Source: Heterodontus francisci
Lineage: Eukaryota
Direction of reading: 5' to 3'
Assembly: GCF_036365525.1 (NCBI RefSeq)
Contig: NC_090381.1
Coordinates: 96,451,613 to 96,515,612, forward strand
Length of the DNA: 64,000 bases
Shown: piece after piece, positions 38,110 to 51,599 of the stretch
Layout: each line of letters opens with the position of its first letter
Position numbering within the stretch: position 1 is the stretch's first letter
Notes under the pieces: model-generated
Seen by the model: the letters and a program-made list of their open reading frames with translations, nothing else
Told to the model about the DNA's origin: nothing
Database searches by the model: none
Made by a program: the position numbers and the translations under genes

Positions 38110-38875
38110 ATGGGTACAGTAGTATAAGATTATGGTTCTGGACTAGCCACTACGAAATGTGAGGTCAAATCTCACTGTGGCAAATTGTGAAACTGAACTC
38201 AATAAATCTGATCAGTTGCGAGTTAGCATCAGAAAAAAATGACCTTGAAAGCTGCTACAATGTCATCAAAATGCAACTGGTTCACTAATGAAGGGAATCT
38301 GTCAACCTTACCCAGTCTGGTCCATATATGATAACATGGTTGTTAGAGTGCCACCTGTGACTCACTTGTAAGTGATCTGAGTCAAAGGGTTCTAATTTCA
38401 AACTCCGCTCCAGCAAGAATCAAGGCTGACACTCAAATGCAGTACTGAGGGAGTGCTGCACTGTTGGAGCACTGTCTGTCTTTTAGATGAGCCGTTAAAC
38501 CGAGGCCCCATCTGTCTGCTTGGGTGGATGCAAAGGATCCCATGGCACTATTTCAAAGAAGAGCAGGGCCAATATTTATTCCTCCATCAACATCACCAAA
38601 ACAGATTACCTGCTCATTCTTACACTGGTGTTTGCTATGTGCAAATTGGCGACCATGTTTCCTACATTACAACATTGACTACACTTCAAAAGTATCTCAT
38701 TGGCTTTAAAGCACTTTGAGACATCTGGTGGTCATGAAAAGCACTATACACATGCAAATCTTTCTTTCCTTAATGCCCTCTGAAGTCACCTGGCGAGTCA
38801 TTCAGTTGCATAAAGACTTCTAGAAGATGGTTCACGACCATCTTCTCATGGAAACTAGGAGCGGACAATAAACAG
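38110..38875 (+). mobile_element. Old tRNA-derived SINE sharing the 3' tail of the 5880-6490 LINE family, split by a DeuSINE-like copy
   Basis: CTGGTTCACTAATG…AATCTGTCAACCTTACCCAGTCTGG; resumes at 38771 with TGCCCTCTGAA…ACCATCTTCTC. Confidence 0.55.
38355..38770 (+). mobile_element. DeuSINE-like SINE
   Basis: GATGAGCCGTTAAACCGAGGCCCC…GATCCCATGGCACTATTTCAAAGAAGAGCAGGG; L2-like tail. Confidence 0.75.
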
Positions 38876-39455
38876 TCATTTCAGTACAGACCACAAATAT
38901 AAAAATATTACAGGGATAATTGAATGAGGCTGTGTTGTTGGCAGGATACACTGCCCAAATCAGTGATTCAGGTACTCATGTCCCTCAATTACCATTGGGG
39001 CACTGTGCGCTTGGCCTAGTTACAAACCAAAAATGTGACTCAGAGCACTCTAAGGGAAGTATTGTACAAAGTGCGGAATCAATCATTGATTCCCTTTTTG
39101 TTACAAACTCTTCTTGCTGGAACCTGTAGGATGCATATCTGTGGGACACACAAATAGCTTGCACTGTAATATATACATATTGAAAGGAGTGGTTAGAACC
39201 AACACAGCCATCAGAAACTACAAGCATGCTATGGTGGAATCCATTCACATAAGATGATATCTCCATGGCCACATGGGCACCATTCTCTGTGCCTTGCAAA
39301 TTGGACACCCAGTAAAAGTTTTGTACCCAGTGCAGCTGATACTTCCCTTCGACAGCAAATGCAATGAACATGTTGCTTCTTGGACAGATTGCACCTGCCA
39401 CATCTATGGACTGCAGACTGACCAGTCTGACAGACATTCCCTTTGGTGACATAAA

Positions 39456-40279
39456 GGCTGGAATCTTGTTCAGCCTCTGCCGACCTCGGCGGCGGGCGAA
39501 GGAAGCGTTGCTCGGCCCGCGCTGGCCACATGTTGGTTAGCCGCCAGAATGTTCAGTGCGGCGGCTCATTTGAATGGACGGGGCAGCCCATGCCCTCCCC
39601 CTCCCTGATCTCATGGAGGGGGCAGGACGTCTGTCACTGGCAATGCGTAAGCTGCCTGTGTGCAGGCGCTGACGTCATTTTTAAAGGGCTTTGAGCCCTT
39701 CAGGGATTTTTAAAGAAATCACTACACATTTTTGCAAACAATTGAAACCTGCATTTTGGACCTCTCCCACCACCACACCCCCAATACCCACAATATTAAA
39801 CACTTTCCCTCTCCACCCCAAAACACTTGCATTTTCCAAATGATCTTTCCCCCCTCAAAGTGCACAAACTTTACCCCTTTCCACTATCCCCTCCACCAAT
39901 GAGGGCCCTTTATCGCTGCTCCCACCCCACTCCTCCTCCCACACAGGAAAAATTACCTTCTCCCTCCTCCCAACCAGTTTGGCGCCTCAGAGATGGGGAT
40001 CGGAAGGCGCGGGAGTGCCGGCCAGCAGCACGAAGATCGCAAAGGGACAGGAGATGGTGGCAATTAAGGCAGGCATGTAAATATATTGAAATATATAAAT
40101 GCAGGGCCTGTCACCAAGCGGGGTGGCGGGGGGGGGCACCATGAGGCCTCTTCGCCTCTGTGAAGATTGGCCGGGCCCTCATGGCGTTGGGCCTCCTCTG
40201 GACAGATCTTCAAATCTCTCCTGCCACGGACCACAACGCCTGGGGGCGGGGGGGGGGGGGGGGCAACTAAATTCAGCCC
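39456..40279. mobile_element. MITE (Harbinger-type), same family as 45131-45902
   Basis: Ends GGCTGGAATCTT and TAAATTCAGCCC; shares internal GCTCATTT…TGGAGGGGGCAGG…TTTTTAAAGGGCT. Confidence 0.7.
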
Positions 40280-41274
40280 TTGATGGTATGGTTACCTCAT
40301 CATCATGCAGAAGTTGTCTGCTGGTTAGCACGTAGGAAATAGGACAGCTCTATGAAAACCTCAAAGGGAGACTCACCCCTGCCTCCTAGCAACTGATGCA
40401 GAGTGTATTAACCAAGGCCTGGGAGCAACACATTTGCCCCTTTTGGTTATGGGTATATGTGCGTAGTCTGGAAAGACCAGGGTTTCTAATATCAAAATTG
40501 AGTTATAATACAGTCAAAAAAAGAGTTCTGATGGTGTAATTCTCTCTCTAAAAGGGGTTCTAATAAGGAAATCATCTTTAAAAAGGTGACCCTCTTAACA
40601 ACAATGCTGGTGAGACTCTGCATTAACCACAGAGTTCTCTTAATATCCATCAGAATTATTGTTACTGATGCTGTCTCTCAACAGCAGGTACATAATAGAT
40701 TTTAAAAAAGCAATTGATCTTTCTTAACTGGTCCAATTGGGTTTGACAGCTCCATCTGCTGCAGATTCAACCCTATAAATCCAAGAACCAATGGTGATGA
40801 TGATTACATTTTCTCTACTTTGCTGCCAGTCTCCATAAATGCTTCAGACTGAGGAATACACAAAATTAATGCAATAAGAATTTAAAATGAAAATCAATTT
40901 TTCCAAACAGGTCAACTGGAGATTGCTGCAGATGCTCTTAAAGCAGATGTGTTATGTCACTGTAAATTCTGTGACTACCAAGAATAGCCCCCTCTAAAAA
41001 CTCATCTGAATTTTAACATTTTCCGCCTCCTATTTTCTCTCGGAATCTCACTGCTTTAGCAATCCACTTGTTTCTTTAATGGCTTTTTAATATTTAACTC
41101 TATGCTTCCATCCTTTACTTGGCTGAGATGATCTGTTACATCACCCATCAATTATTTGACTGAAAGTTGCTTCCGCTCTGTGTTTGTTTTTATCCCCCCC
41201 CCCCCCACCTCCCCCTTCTCCCCACACACACAACTTTGTCAGGTTCTATTTTTGTTTGTTTGACTCTTAAATTC

Positions 41275-41410
41275 TTCCAGTTCTGAAGAAGGGTCTAACC
41301 TGAAAGAAAGATCGACTGTTCTCTTTTCACAAATGTTCAGAAGACCTGCTGTATTTTTTCAGCTTTGTTTTTGTTTCACATTTCCTGCAATTTGCAGTAT
41401 TTTGCTTTGC
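41275..41410 (+). mobile_element. Degraded Penelope-type repeat with hammerhead-like core
   Basis: CAGTTCTGAAGAAGGGTCTAACCTGAAA followed by family 3' sequence ending TGCAGTATTTTGCTTT. Confidence 0.55.
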
Positions 41411-44400
41411 ATTTGAACGCCAATCATGTTTGGTGTGTGGTGGCACCAGAGGAAGGGTAGAGATCAGTTTGTGCTGCAGTGACACTTATCAGCTGCAGTG
41501 AGAGCTTAAGGTGTTGTTTTTGATGTTAGTTCTTTCATAAATTATAGTTCAGAAGCTTGTTAGGTCGGATATAGCATGAATATATAGATGTCACTAATCA
41601 CACGCCTACACACTCATTTATTTATTTTTTTCCTTAGAACACACTTTACCAGACATTTAAACATTAAGGGTAAGAGTATATTTCATTGTGTAAAGCACAA
41701 TTAGTGTCACAGTAATCAAAAACCAAAAAGAAACTGCTTCAGGTTTCCAAAGCAAGCAACAGCATCACTGAATCAATATTCATAATTAATTTAAATTTAT
41801 TTGTCTCATTTGAATAAAACTATAGCAAAATCTACTTAATGTTTCCACTCAGTTAAATAATATTGTATACTTTTATTTGACAGAGATAATTCTTATGCAA
41901 TCGTTTCTTTCTCTCTCTAACTGAAGGTAACACGGAGCTTATGCCAGGCATTTGTTTTTGCTGTGTGGGTGGCAGATTGCTATCACATTTTGATTTACAT
42001 AAGCTTTGAGAACAGAAAGAAAAAAAATGGTCAACACATTATCCATTTAGTCTGGGGTGGCCAACTGGTGCTTCATGAGCTAAATGCAGTTTTTGTGTTG
42101 CTAAGGTATGGCTCTATGCACCTGAGAATGGAATCAGTTGCGATGTCAGAGATGTGGAAATGACTGAATGAGCAGTTTTCCTTCCATTCTGGCCTTTTTA
42201 ATATTCTGGCTAATGCTACTGGCTACATTTAGCCTCGACACATTCCTCTGTTTGGTGGCAGGGACTGCTGTGCACACAGTGATAACATTAATGCCTATGT
42301 TAAATGACGTGCTAATGGGGTAAGTTGCCACCGGAGGCAAGTGGTCCCGTTTTCAGGGAAGTGGTTTGCCAATAAGGTTTGTTGTGTGGCATATTGGTGG
42401 GTTTGGTTTTGGGGTTTCTTGCAAGGCACATTTGTGCTAGTTGCAGTTACAGTGGAGGATGAGTACAATATTTGAAAATCAGCCTCTTAAAATGAAGGTT
42501 CTTTGAACTCTGCACAATGTATGAATTGTACATGATGGTTAGTTTGAAGGGTCACTTCCTGCCCATTTAGTTGTCAACAGATATCATTGATAAATGGAGA
42601 ATAACAGCACCTTTACCTACATTTGCTGGGTCTTCTCATTCTTTCAGTACCTTGTCTAGTGGCAATGTGTACTGGGCACATTGGCAGCCTATTGTATCAT
42701 GGAGCAATCAAAGCCAAGCCTGTCCTCACCAGACATCCACACATGAGCACTTTCAGCATGAGTTTTTGGACAGTAATCTGCAGCAAGAACCACTACTGAT
42801 CTTTCCTTTTACTAGCACAGGGATGTGGAAGGCAATTATACAACTTCAGGTTCCCTTCAGGAGTGATCTGACTTATTACTTAGCAGAGGTCAAACATAGT
42901 CTGTGTGGTCAATGTCACACCATGTGGTGGATTTATTCACTGATCCATTAGAGACTCAAACTCTTTCCCTGCTTTTCTTTATATTATGTGGCCAATTCTG
43001 CAATCCTATGTCAGTGTCACATGACTCATTGGAATCCCATGCATGTCTGCTGTGCTAAGGTGGTCAGCTATTTTGCATTTTATGTTTTTCTGCGGGGAAT
43101 GTGAGGCAGCGTGATTAGTTTTGGTTTGTTCTAGTAAAGAGCCAGCACAGGCACGGGGGGCTGAAAGGCCTCCTTTTGTGATGTAAACTTCAATGACTGC
43201 AACTGAAAAGAAATCACTAAAGCAAAGCTGCCATGTTCAACACTAAGAGCTAATACTTCCATTCAGTCCAATTATGGGTGCGGAGTCGCGAGCAGTCTGC
43301 ACCTGGTCTCGTTGAGGTGGTCTCCGGGCAGTGACCTCACTGACCATTTGCTCCCATTCCTTTTGGAGGGTGTTGCTTAAAATCCATGCTGCCTCCTCAT
43401 TTAAACGATTTGAGCACTCAGCAGGGAGACCAGCAACACATGTTGATAAATGTGATGCAGCTGGCCTGCCCTCTTAAAGGGGAGCTGCACTCATTAGGAG
43501 GAGGTTGCTGCTGACTACATGTACTGACATAGGCTGCAAGGAGGAGCTGCATATATGGAGGGCTCCTAAATTGGGCAGCCGAGGCCTGAATGCTGCAGGT
43601 TGACAGGAGGAGAGGGTATTTCTTTTTCATGGGGAGGCCAGAAGGCCCTCAAGAATCACCCTCCAATGGGAACGGTCAGGGAGGTCAATGCCTGGAGTCT
43701 GGCCCTAAGGACCTGGCAGCTGGAAGAAATTCAATGACCTCACATGGCTGGTGTAGGTCAGCGAATGCATCTTCACAAGACATCTCCTACCCACTGCTCC
43801 ACCAACCTCTCACCACATCCCCATCATTTACTCATCAGCAGTCCCTAGCATTCAGGACTCAGGCCTAACGTTCATATACTCCACCTCTCCTGTACACATC
43901 TTCCAATGATGCCAGCCTCACACCCATCTCCTGCTGCTTCCACATACCTCCAGCTATTCAACTGTGGCAGACACATCACCCAAACACAGTGCAACACAAT
44001 CACTGACATTCTGCATGGCAAGGTGGCCCATAACCACCAGGTGCAGAGCAGAACGAGTTGGGGGGCATGGACACCTGCTTCTCCTGTGTCCTATGGGGCC
44101 ATCTGCAAAACAGCCTATGGCATCCAGCGTAACTGAGAATATTCAGGATGGCAGGACATTACTGCCTTATGTACCTTCTCAACACGCACCTCACACTCAT
44201 CCTGCTATCTGGCCTGAAGTGCAAGCTGCTGATGGTGAGACTGCTTGTTTTCCACTCCAACACCCTTTTCCTCACCCCAATCTTCTTCTGATTTTCTTCT
44301 TTCAGACACTCAGGAACCGCCACCTCCCCAGCCATATGAGCCTCAAGAGAAAGAGCGAGAGCAACACTGCAGCACTAATGAAGAGGCTCTGTCACTTTAT

Positions 44401-44493
44401 CTGTCACTGTGAGTACCTTACAGGCTAGTATAGAATTTGATTTTAGAATGATTTAATAGAATTGGGATCTGCACTTAGTGAGTCACTGGGCAC

Positions 44494-44772
44494 TGTAATA
44501 TTACTTGATCCTTTGGTGTGTGATCTATTGTGAGACTCATAGGGCTACAAGCAATATTCAAAGTAAATGTGGGTTTTATTATACTTTAACTGGAACATAT
44601 GTATACAAACAGTTACTGCACGAGCTAAATCTAAACATGTCTTGCTCTGTTGGGCTCCACCCACAACTAACTGGTCATGTGTGATACAACATCACTTCCT
44701 TCAGTGATCTTCACTTACTGCTCCTTAAGGTGGTCCTCTCTTAAGGTGATCCCTTAAGATTGTCCCACAACA
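44494..44772 (-). mobile_element. Solo LTR, 279 bp
   Basis: TGT…ACA termini with a perfect 5-bp TSD GGCAC (44489-93 and 44773-77); homologous to 52784-53620. Confidence 0.85.
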
Positions 44773-45130
44773 GGCACAAGTGGGCTGCAGCCATGCCAGG
44801 GGGAACGGATAGGTCGTGTGCCAGCTCACAGGAGATTAAGGTTGCAGACGGGTTCTGCTGCAGGGTACCTCGATGGAACGGCGTACAGGAGAACACTGAT
44901 GAGGATGCACACAGAGATGCTTGGTGCATTGACAGGCCTACCAGACAGCCTCCTGTCACTGTCAAGGAGCATGGAGAAGTCGGGCTCCAAGGTGGTACAT
45001 GGCATCGTGCAGAGCTTGAAGCCAATCCTTCCCAGCGTGGATGTGGTGGCCAACTCCATGACAGCACTTGTGGACTTGCTGGTGATGCAGTATCTTGCAG
45101 CTGATATCTCAGCTTCTCAAGCCGCACAAT

Positions 45131-45902
45131 GGGTGGAATTCTATAAAACGCTGCCACAATTCCAACGCGGCAGCTCATTTAAATAGCTGGGGCAGGCTGA
45201 ACCCCCCCACCCCCCCTGCACCACCCCCATTCACGTGGAGGGGGCAGGCTGTCCGTCCCTGGCAATGACGTCAGCTGTCTGTGCCATTTTTAAAGGGCTG
45301 TCAGCCCTACTGGGAAATATAAATATTTAAAGAAAGATTAAATGAAATTAAATAAATACATCTCTTTGCCCCTCTCTCACCTCCCCAATAACAATTAAAT
45401 TAATTATTTGCCCTTCCCCCCCAAAAACACTTACTTTCACAATCTGATCTTCCCTCCCCCCCCAGCAACTGCACAAACTTTGAACAAACCCTTTCCATCA
45501 TCCCCTACACCCACTATGCTAATTTGACCCCAATGCCGCCCCCCCACCCCCACCCCCGCACTGAGAAACTTACCTCCCCAACTCCCCATCAGTGTTGTGT
45601 CTTGTTTCCCCGGATGGAGATCCAAAGGTATGGTCGCACGGACCGCTGGGGTGAAGTTCGTGGCGGAACATTTGAAGGTGACAGGACAGTAATTAATTCA
45701 GGTATTTGAATTTATTTAAATATTTAAATTGTGGTCCCATTGCTGAGTGGCGGGGGCCACCATGTGGCCTCGCCGTTGCCGTCAATATCGGGCCAGGCCC
45801 TGCCGCCGAGGTCCATGGCGGGCCTCTTCCGGGGCCATCTTCAGGCCGCCCCCCCACCCCCCACCATGGATCCCAACCTCGAGGGTCTATAGAATCCAGC
45901 CC
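45131..45902. mobile_element. MITE (Harbinger-type)
   Basis: TIRs GGGTGGAATTCTATA and TATAGAATCCAGCCC with 3-bp TSD AAT. Confidence 0.85.
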
Positions 45903-48637
45903 AATGTCTTACTGCTTCAGGGAAAGCTCAGACTGAGGTCATGAGATCCATGCAGGCTCAGACTGCTGCCAACATGGCAATGGATCTCAGTGCTCATGGG
46001 AGCATGCAGGCTCTCTCGTCAATTCAGCAACGTGTGCTCTAACAGATTACTGGGATTGCTCAGGCATCACCCTGGGGGAGTAGCAGTGTGTCCATGGAGC
46101 TTAAACTTGCTGTCCTCTCTCAGGATGAAAGCATTCATGCTCCCACCACTGCCACTCCACCATTGCTGTTGCCTCTCAGCCAGCCAACCCAGACTGCTGC
46201 CACCCACGCCGAGATGGTGCAGTCTGAAGCCAGGCCAAGGCCCAAAGCTACTTGAGGTTGTCCTGCAAGGTCATCTGCAGTCTCTGTCAGAGAAATCAAT
46301 AGCCTTCCATCAGCTGTCCTGCAGCCACTGGGGTAACACTGCAAAGCAAGAAAGGCACTAAGGGAATGCACAAGGGTGAATAGTTCATTTTTGCTTGTAT
46401 GATTGGATGGTTGTTTGATGAAGATGTTATGGCAAGATTTTGTTGGCGGCTTTCATTGCATGAGTCTGACCAAGAGGACACTGTAATGGGACATCACAGA
46501 TGAGTGGGAAGGTGGGGTACAGCGGAGAAGGGTGGTGAAGGGATGCTGTCCTGAGGAAACTGTAGTCTGCGTAGGTGCTCAAGGGCAGCCCATCCGAAGT
46601 GAAGGCATCCCAGCTGCCTCCTCCCTGTCTCCTCACTTTACCTCCACCCTTCGCATAGAGCTTCATCTCTCCACAGCCTCTGCTCCATCTCCCTGTTGTG
46701 TTGCAAACCCAAAGGACCTGCAACTACAGCTCCCACACCTATTTCAGCCTTCATATGGACAGGTAACCAAATCCTCTGCCCTCCCCGTGAGGATGCAGTG
46801 ACGCAGCCTGCCAAATCCAGCAACTCAGCACAACACCTGCAAAAACACTCCACAGTACTTTCACAAGTACTGCAACAGCTGAAATAAGTCAAAATCACCT
46901 TATCTGCAAGATGGATGGATGACCCTTTCAGTTGCACTAGCAGGGGGAGGTGGGTCCTCTTGTTGCTGAACACATGTTCACCTGTGACTGCATGCACACG
47001 CATTAATGGACCTGCGTGGTCCAATATGAAAAACCTGTGTCAAATCAGCCGGAATGGCTATTTGATGTCACATCTTGGCCAGCTGGGGTACTTTCGGCTG
47101 CTAGCACAGCAGCCCATATTAGATCCCTTTCCGGCATGGGCGCCGCATGGTCTGCACTGCAAGACCTCCGGCTTCCGTAGCATCGGCTCCAGCGGTGCTA
47201 CGGAGTCAAATTTCTAGCCTTGAAAATACACATCTGCAGCAATCCATCACCAAATAAGTGGTTCCAGATCTCAACAGACGAATCAGTGATAATCTGTGTA
47301 AAGGGATATTTATTAATGAACAGTTAATTTTTGCAATGAAATACAACCTTTCAACTAGATTATGTTTTATTTAAGTCTAGTCCGATAATATGAAATTGAA
47401 TTATTATTCTGTGCATTGTTTGATTCCAACTAATAAAGTCAATAATGGCCTGCTGATGATAAGATGCAGTGCCAGACTCTAACCTCAGCAGTTAGATCAG
47501 CTATCACTTGTTCATAGAATGATACTTTTGCACTGTGGCTAGTTCCACACGAGGAACAAAATCAAAATGGCTACCCAAGTCTCATCCCCTTCTGCCTTTT
47601 CCTCAATCTATCTAATGTGCTGCTTCTCTACAACTAAATACAAGAAGCATTTTCCTTTATAAAACATAGGTGTGCACAAATTTACCACTGTATTTTTGTT
47701 ACTTCTTATTTTCTCAATTTTAATTTGGAAGTTACAAAGCAGATAGGAAGGACAAACATCGTATCAATTGAGCGTAGAGAGAGGCAGCAGTTTTGTTTTG
47801 TCTTTTGTGCAGCAGGTCCATTGTTAGAGTCTGTAGATCAATTTATTTTGGCCAAAGTGCACATGAATCCTGCCAGCCTAGCTACCAACTCAGGAACCAT
47901 TAGTTTCACTCATTGTGGTAAAAAGTGGTCAGATCAGCTGTTGTGTTATCAGGTGTCGAATGTGCCCAATGTGCCTAGTCTACCTAGCCAGAGAGTGCAG
48001 CCCTGGAAGCCTGCAGGTAAGAAGTGAGCAAGGCTCATTATGGCCCCCAAAAATATTTAAACTAGGAGGCATCCCATAGTATGCTTGGAATATCTGAATG
48101 ACACAGATAGGAAAAAGTGCTTCAGGAGTGCTCAGCGGCACAGCGGTCATTTTCTTGATCCAGAATGCCATTTCTCTTTATTTAGGGCTGCACTTCTCTT
48201 GTCCCCACCAGTCTATGGCGACCTCATGAACCAACAGTATATATACATATATAAAAGAAACTCCACAGGCAGCTAACTGGCTGCTGGCACCTGACGCTCT
48301 GGCCCGTGACTCATGTAGGTCTCTTGGTGCATCAAGTGTGCAATACCAAGAGAGCCATTACAATATTTAAGTGAGCTTGCCTCTTAATGTCACATTAGGT
48401 CAGTTTGTTCCTGTGCAGGTGTGTTGCTCCAGGACCACATTATTTTCCACTGTGCAGCTGAGTGGCTGGACAAGGACTTCCTAATTATGTTGTCATAAGA
48501 TGCACAACATAGAAGGCAGATGTACATGCTGGTGAGGAGCAGAGGGATTAACTATGGAGCTTTCTTATGCAGCTCAAGATGAGTTAGGAGCTGTTTTGTC
48601 AGTTTGCACCTTTGGGTCCATAAATGATATGTAATGT

Positions 48638-48968
48638 GGGCGGCACAGTGGTTAGCACCGCAGCCTCACAGCTCCAGCAACCCGGGTTCAGTTCTGGGTA
48701 CTGCCTGTGCGGAGTTTGCAAGTTCTCCCTGTGACCGCATGGGTTTCTGCAGGGTGCTCTGGTTTCCTCCCACAGTTGATAGGTAAATTGGCCATTATAA
48801 ATTTCCCATAGTGTAGATAGGTGGTCGGAGAATTGAGGGAAGGTGGGGATGTGAGAGGAAATATGGGATTAATGTAGGATTAGTATAAAAGGGTGGTTGC
48901 TGGTTGGCACAAACTCAGTGGGCTGAAGGGCCTGTTTCAGTGCTGTATGTCTAAATAGTAAAAAAAAA
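48638..48968 (+). mobile_element. HE1-like V-SINE
   Basis: Same head, V-domain and tail as the other copies. Confidence 0.87.
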
Positions 48969-49099
48969 TGTTCAGGTACCTGGATCAAGGAACAAAAAGG
49001 GAAGTCAGAATATATTACTGGATTCCATGTGGAGTGTGGCTGACTCACTACCTGTACCTGAATCCTCTGAAAACTGGAATAGTTTGCATTATGGTGTTA

Positions 49100-50310
49100 A
49101 CAGAGCCCCAACCAAAGTCACTAACTGCATCCTCTGTGACTCTTTCCACCGTGAATTGTATTTCCTTTGTCTTCCTCAATCTCACAGCAGTGCTTGACAC
49201 AGTTGGCCACACCATCTTCCAATACCTCTGGATTCCCCTAAGAATCAATTCTTCGCTCCCCTACTCTTGCTGATCCACATACTGTCCTTTGACAACAATA
49301 TCTAGACATATGGTCAGCTTCCCCATGTTCTGATGACACCCAGCTCTATCTCTCCACCATATCTGCAGACTCACTCAGTGCTGTCAGACTGTTTGTCCAA
49401 CATCCAGTCCTGGATGAGTCATTACTTCTTCTAGCGCAACACTAGAACTGCCTACTGCCACCTCTGCAACATTGCATGGCAATGCCTTCATCTCAGCTGC
49501 TCTGCCACTAACATGCTTACATCATTTCTGGCCTTGATTATTCTAATGCTCTCTATGCCGTCCTCCCTTTCCCCACCTGCCATAAATGGCAAGTTGTACA
49601 GAATCTGCTACACATATCTTGTCCTGCATTGAGTTCCACTGGTCTGTCACCCTATCCTCACCGACCAACCTTTGCTCCCTGTGCCCCAACAGCTTAAAAT
49701 TAAAATCCTCTCAATGCTTTGAATTTATCAATGGCCTCTCCCGACCCTTTCTCCCCTTTCCTTTGCTTCACCATTGATTGCAAGGCCTACAGTCACCTGG
49801 TTCCTACCCTATGGAATTCTCTGCTCAAAGTTGACTCCTCTTCCTCTTCTAAAAACCTCCTCAAAACCCCCTCTTTGACCAAGCTTTTTCGCACCCCTCT
49901 TAATCTATCCTTTGCTGACCAGGTGCCTATTTTCCGTAAGCTTATCTGCTTAGCTCCGTGGGACATGTTTACGTTAAATGTGCTCCCTCTCTCTGTAACC
50001 TCCTCCAACCCTTCGAGATGTCTGTGCTCCTCCAATTCTGGACTCTTGGGCATTCCCAATTTTCATCACACTATTATTGGTGGCCGTGCCTTCAGCTATC
50101 TCAGCCCTAAGCTCTGGGATTCCCTCCCTAAACGTCTCTCTTTTTTTAAGATGCTCCCTACAGCCGAACCCTTTGACCAAGCTTTTGTCCCCTGTCATAG
50201 TATCTCTTTATGTAGCTTAGTGCCATATTTTGTCAAACAATGCTTCTGTGAAGTGCCTTAGGACATTTTTACTATGTTAAAGGCACTGTTTAGATTCAAG
50301 TTGCTGTATC
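49100..50310 (+). mobile_element. Degraded L2 LINE 3' portion(s)
   Basis: LNLTAVLDTVGH (like LDLSAAFDTVDH), DDTQLY, GGRAFSY…PKLWDSLP; L2-type tail. Confidence 0.75.
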
Positions 50311-50356
50311 TATATAGAAGTTGAGGTCATTGTCACAGATAAAAAGGCAACTCTTA

Positions 50357-50670
50357 GCCACAGTGGTGCAGTGGTTAGCACCGCAGCCTCATAGCTCCAG
50401 GGACCTGGGATACTGCCTGTGCGGAGTTTGCAAGTTCTCCCTGTGACCACGTGGGTTTTCGCCGGGTGCTGCGGTTTCCTCCCACAGCCAAAGACTTGCA
50501 GGTTGATAAGTAAATTGGCCATTGTAAATTGCCCCTAGTGTAGGTAGGTGGCAGGGAATATGGGATTACTGTAGGGTTAGTATAAATGGGTGGTTGTTGG
50601 TCAGCACAGACTCAGTGGGCCGAAGGGCCTGTTTCAGTGCTGTATCTCTAAATAAAAATAAAAAATAAAT
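50357..50670 (+). mobile_element. HE1-like V-SINE
   Basis: Same family; TAAAA-repeat tail. Confidence 0.87.
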
Positions 50671-51125
50671 CATCCAATACACAGTTGCATCTGTCCTATA
50701 TCTGCAGGATTAATTTCGAGGATGGGGAAGGGATCTGCCTGAAATCATCAGCAAAGACACAGTTGTTAGGATGTACATGCACCGCTAACCAGATCACAAA
50801 CCTAACAGTTAGCTCAAACATCATTAGCAACGCCACAGGATTTCCTGAGCCATTTGGAGCTATTGTTGATCGTAATCAGTGGCCTTGTCGCAATTCTTAA
50901 AAGTTGACTGTTGCATTTGCTGTCACTTGGGGTGAACTTAATCATAGTATTTTACACAGGATGAACTGCAGTAGCTGCAAACATACTGCAGTATGACAGC
51001 TTTTTGATCAGCTGGGTATTGTACTACAATATAAGCCCAACAATCTTGTGATCCTATTTACTGAACAAATTGAACAGAAATTATTAGCTCTTGTGGCCTC
51101 AGAAACAAGCCTTATGAAATGCAAT

Positions 51126-51350
51126 AAAAGCAAAATACTGCGGATGCTGGAAATCTGAAATAAAAACAAGAAATGCTGGAACCACTCAGCAGGTCTGGCA
51201 GCATCTGTGGAAAGAGAAGCAGAGTTAACGTTTCAGGTCAGTGACCCTTCTTCCGAAGAAGGGTCACTGACCCGAAACGTTAACTCTGCTTCTCTTTCCA
51301 CAGATGCTGCCAGACCTGCTGAGTGGTTCCAGCATTTCTTGGTTTTATTT
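51126..51350. mobile_element. Penelope-type inverted terminal-repeat insertion forming a palindrome with 96-bp arms
   Basis: 51158-51253 and 51255-51350 are reverse complements at 94/96 positions; flanked by the direct repeat TTATGAAATGCAAT (51112-25 and 51349-62). Confidence 0.85.
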
Positions 51351-51599
51351 ATGAAATGCAATGGTGGACTACCATATTAACTCAGTCAGGCAATTATGAT
51401 GGGCATATTTTCTTCTGCTGCTTAATTTTAATGAAAATCTAGAGGCGAATAAAAAGTGATAGAAAGTTGGTAGAAGGTTCCAAAGATTAGTGTGCCATGT
51501 TTAACATTGATTGCTGGATTCCTAGCCCTCTAAAACTGGATTAATAAACAATAGCTAAGTAATTAAAATCTGTGTTTTGCTCATTAAGGCCATTACTGA

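Larger units (their letters stand above)
43250..47219. mobile_element. Second, more decayed Harbinger-derived element containing a solo LTR and a MITE
   Basis: Myb-like KKFNDL near 43725 (+); coiled-coil-like MHTEMLGALTGLPDSLLSLSRSMEKS; weak transposase remnant on minus ~46430-46900; right end AAATTTCTAGCC. Left end is uncertain. Confidence 0.6.

Noticed and set aside
42640-42950. Possible ancient SINE, with a similar stretch at ~63290-63580
   Set aside because: Similarity is too weak to assign a family, strand or boundaries by eye.
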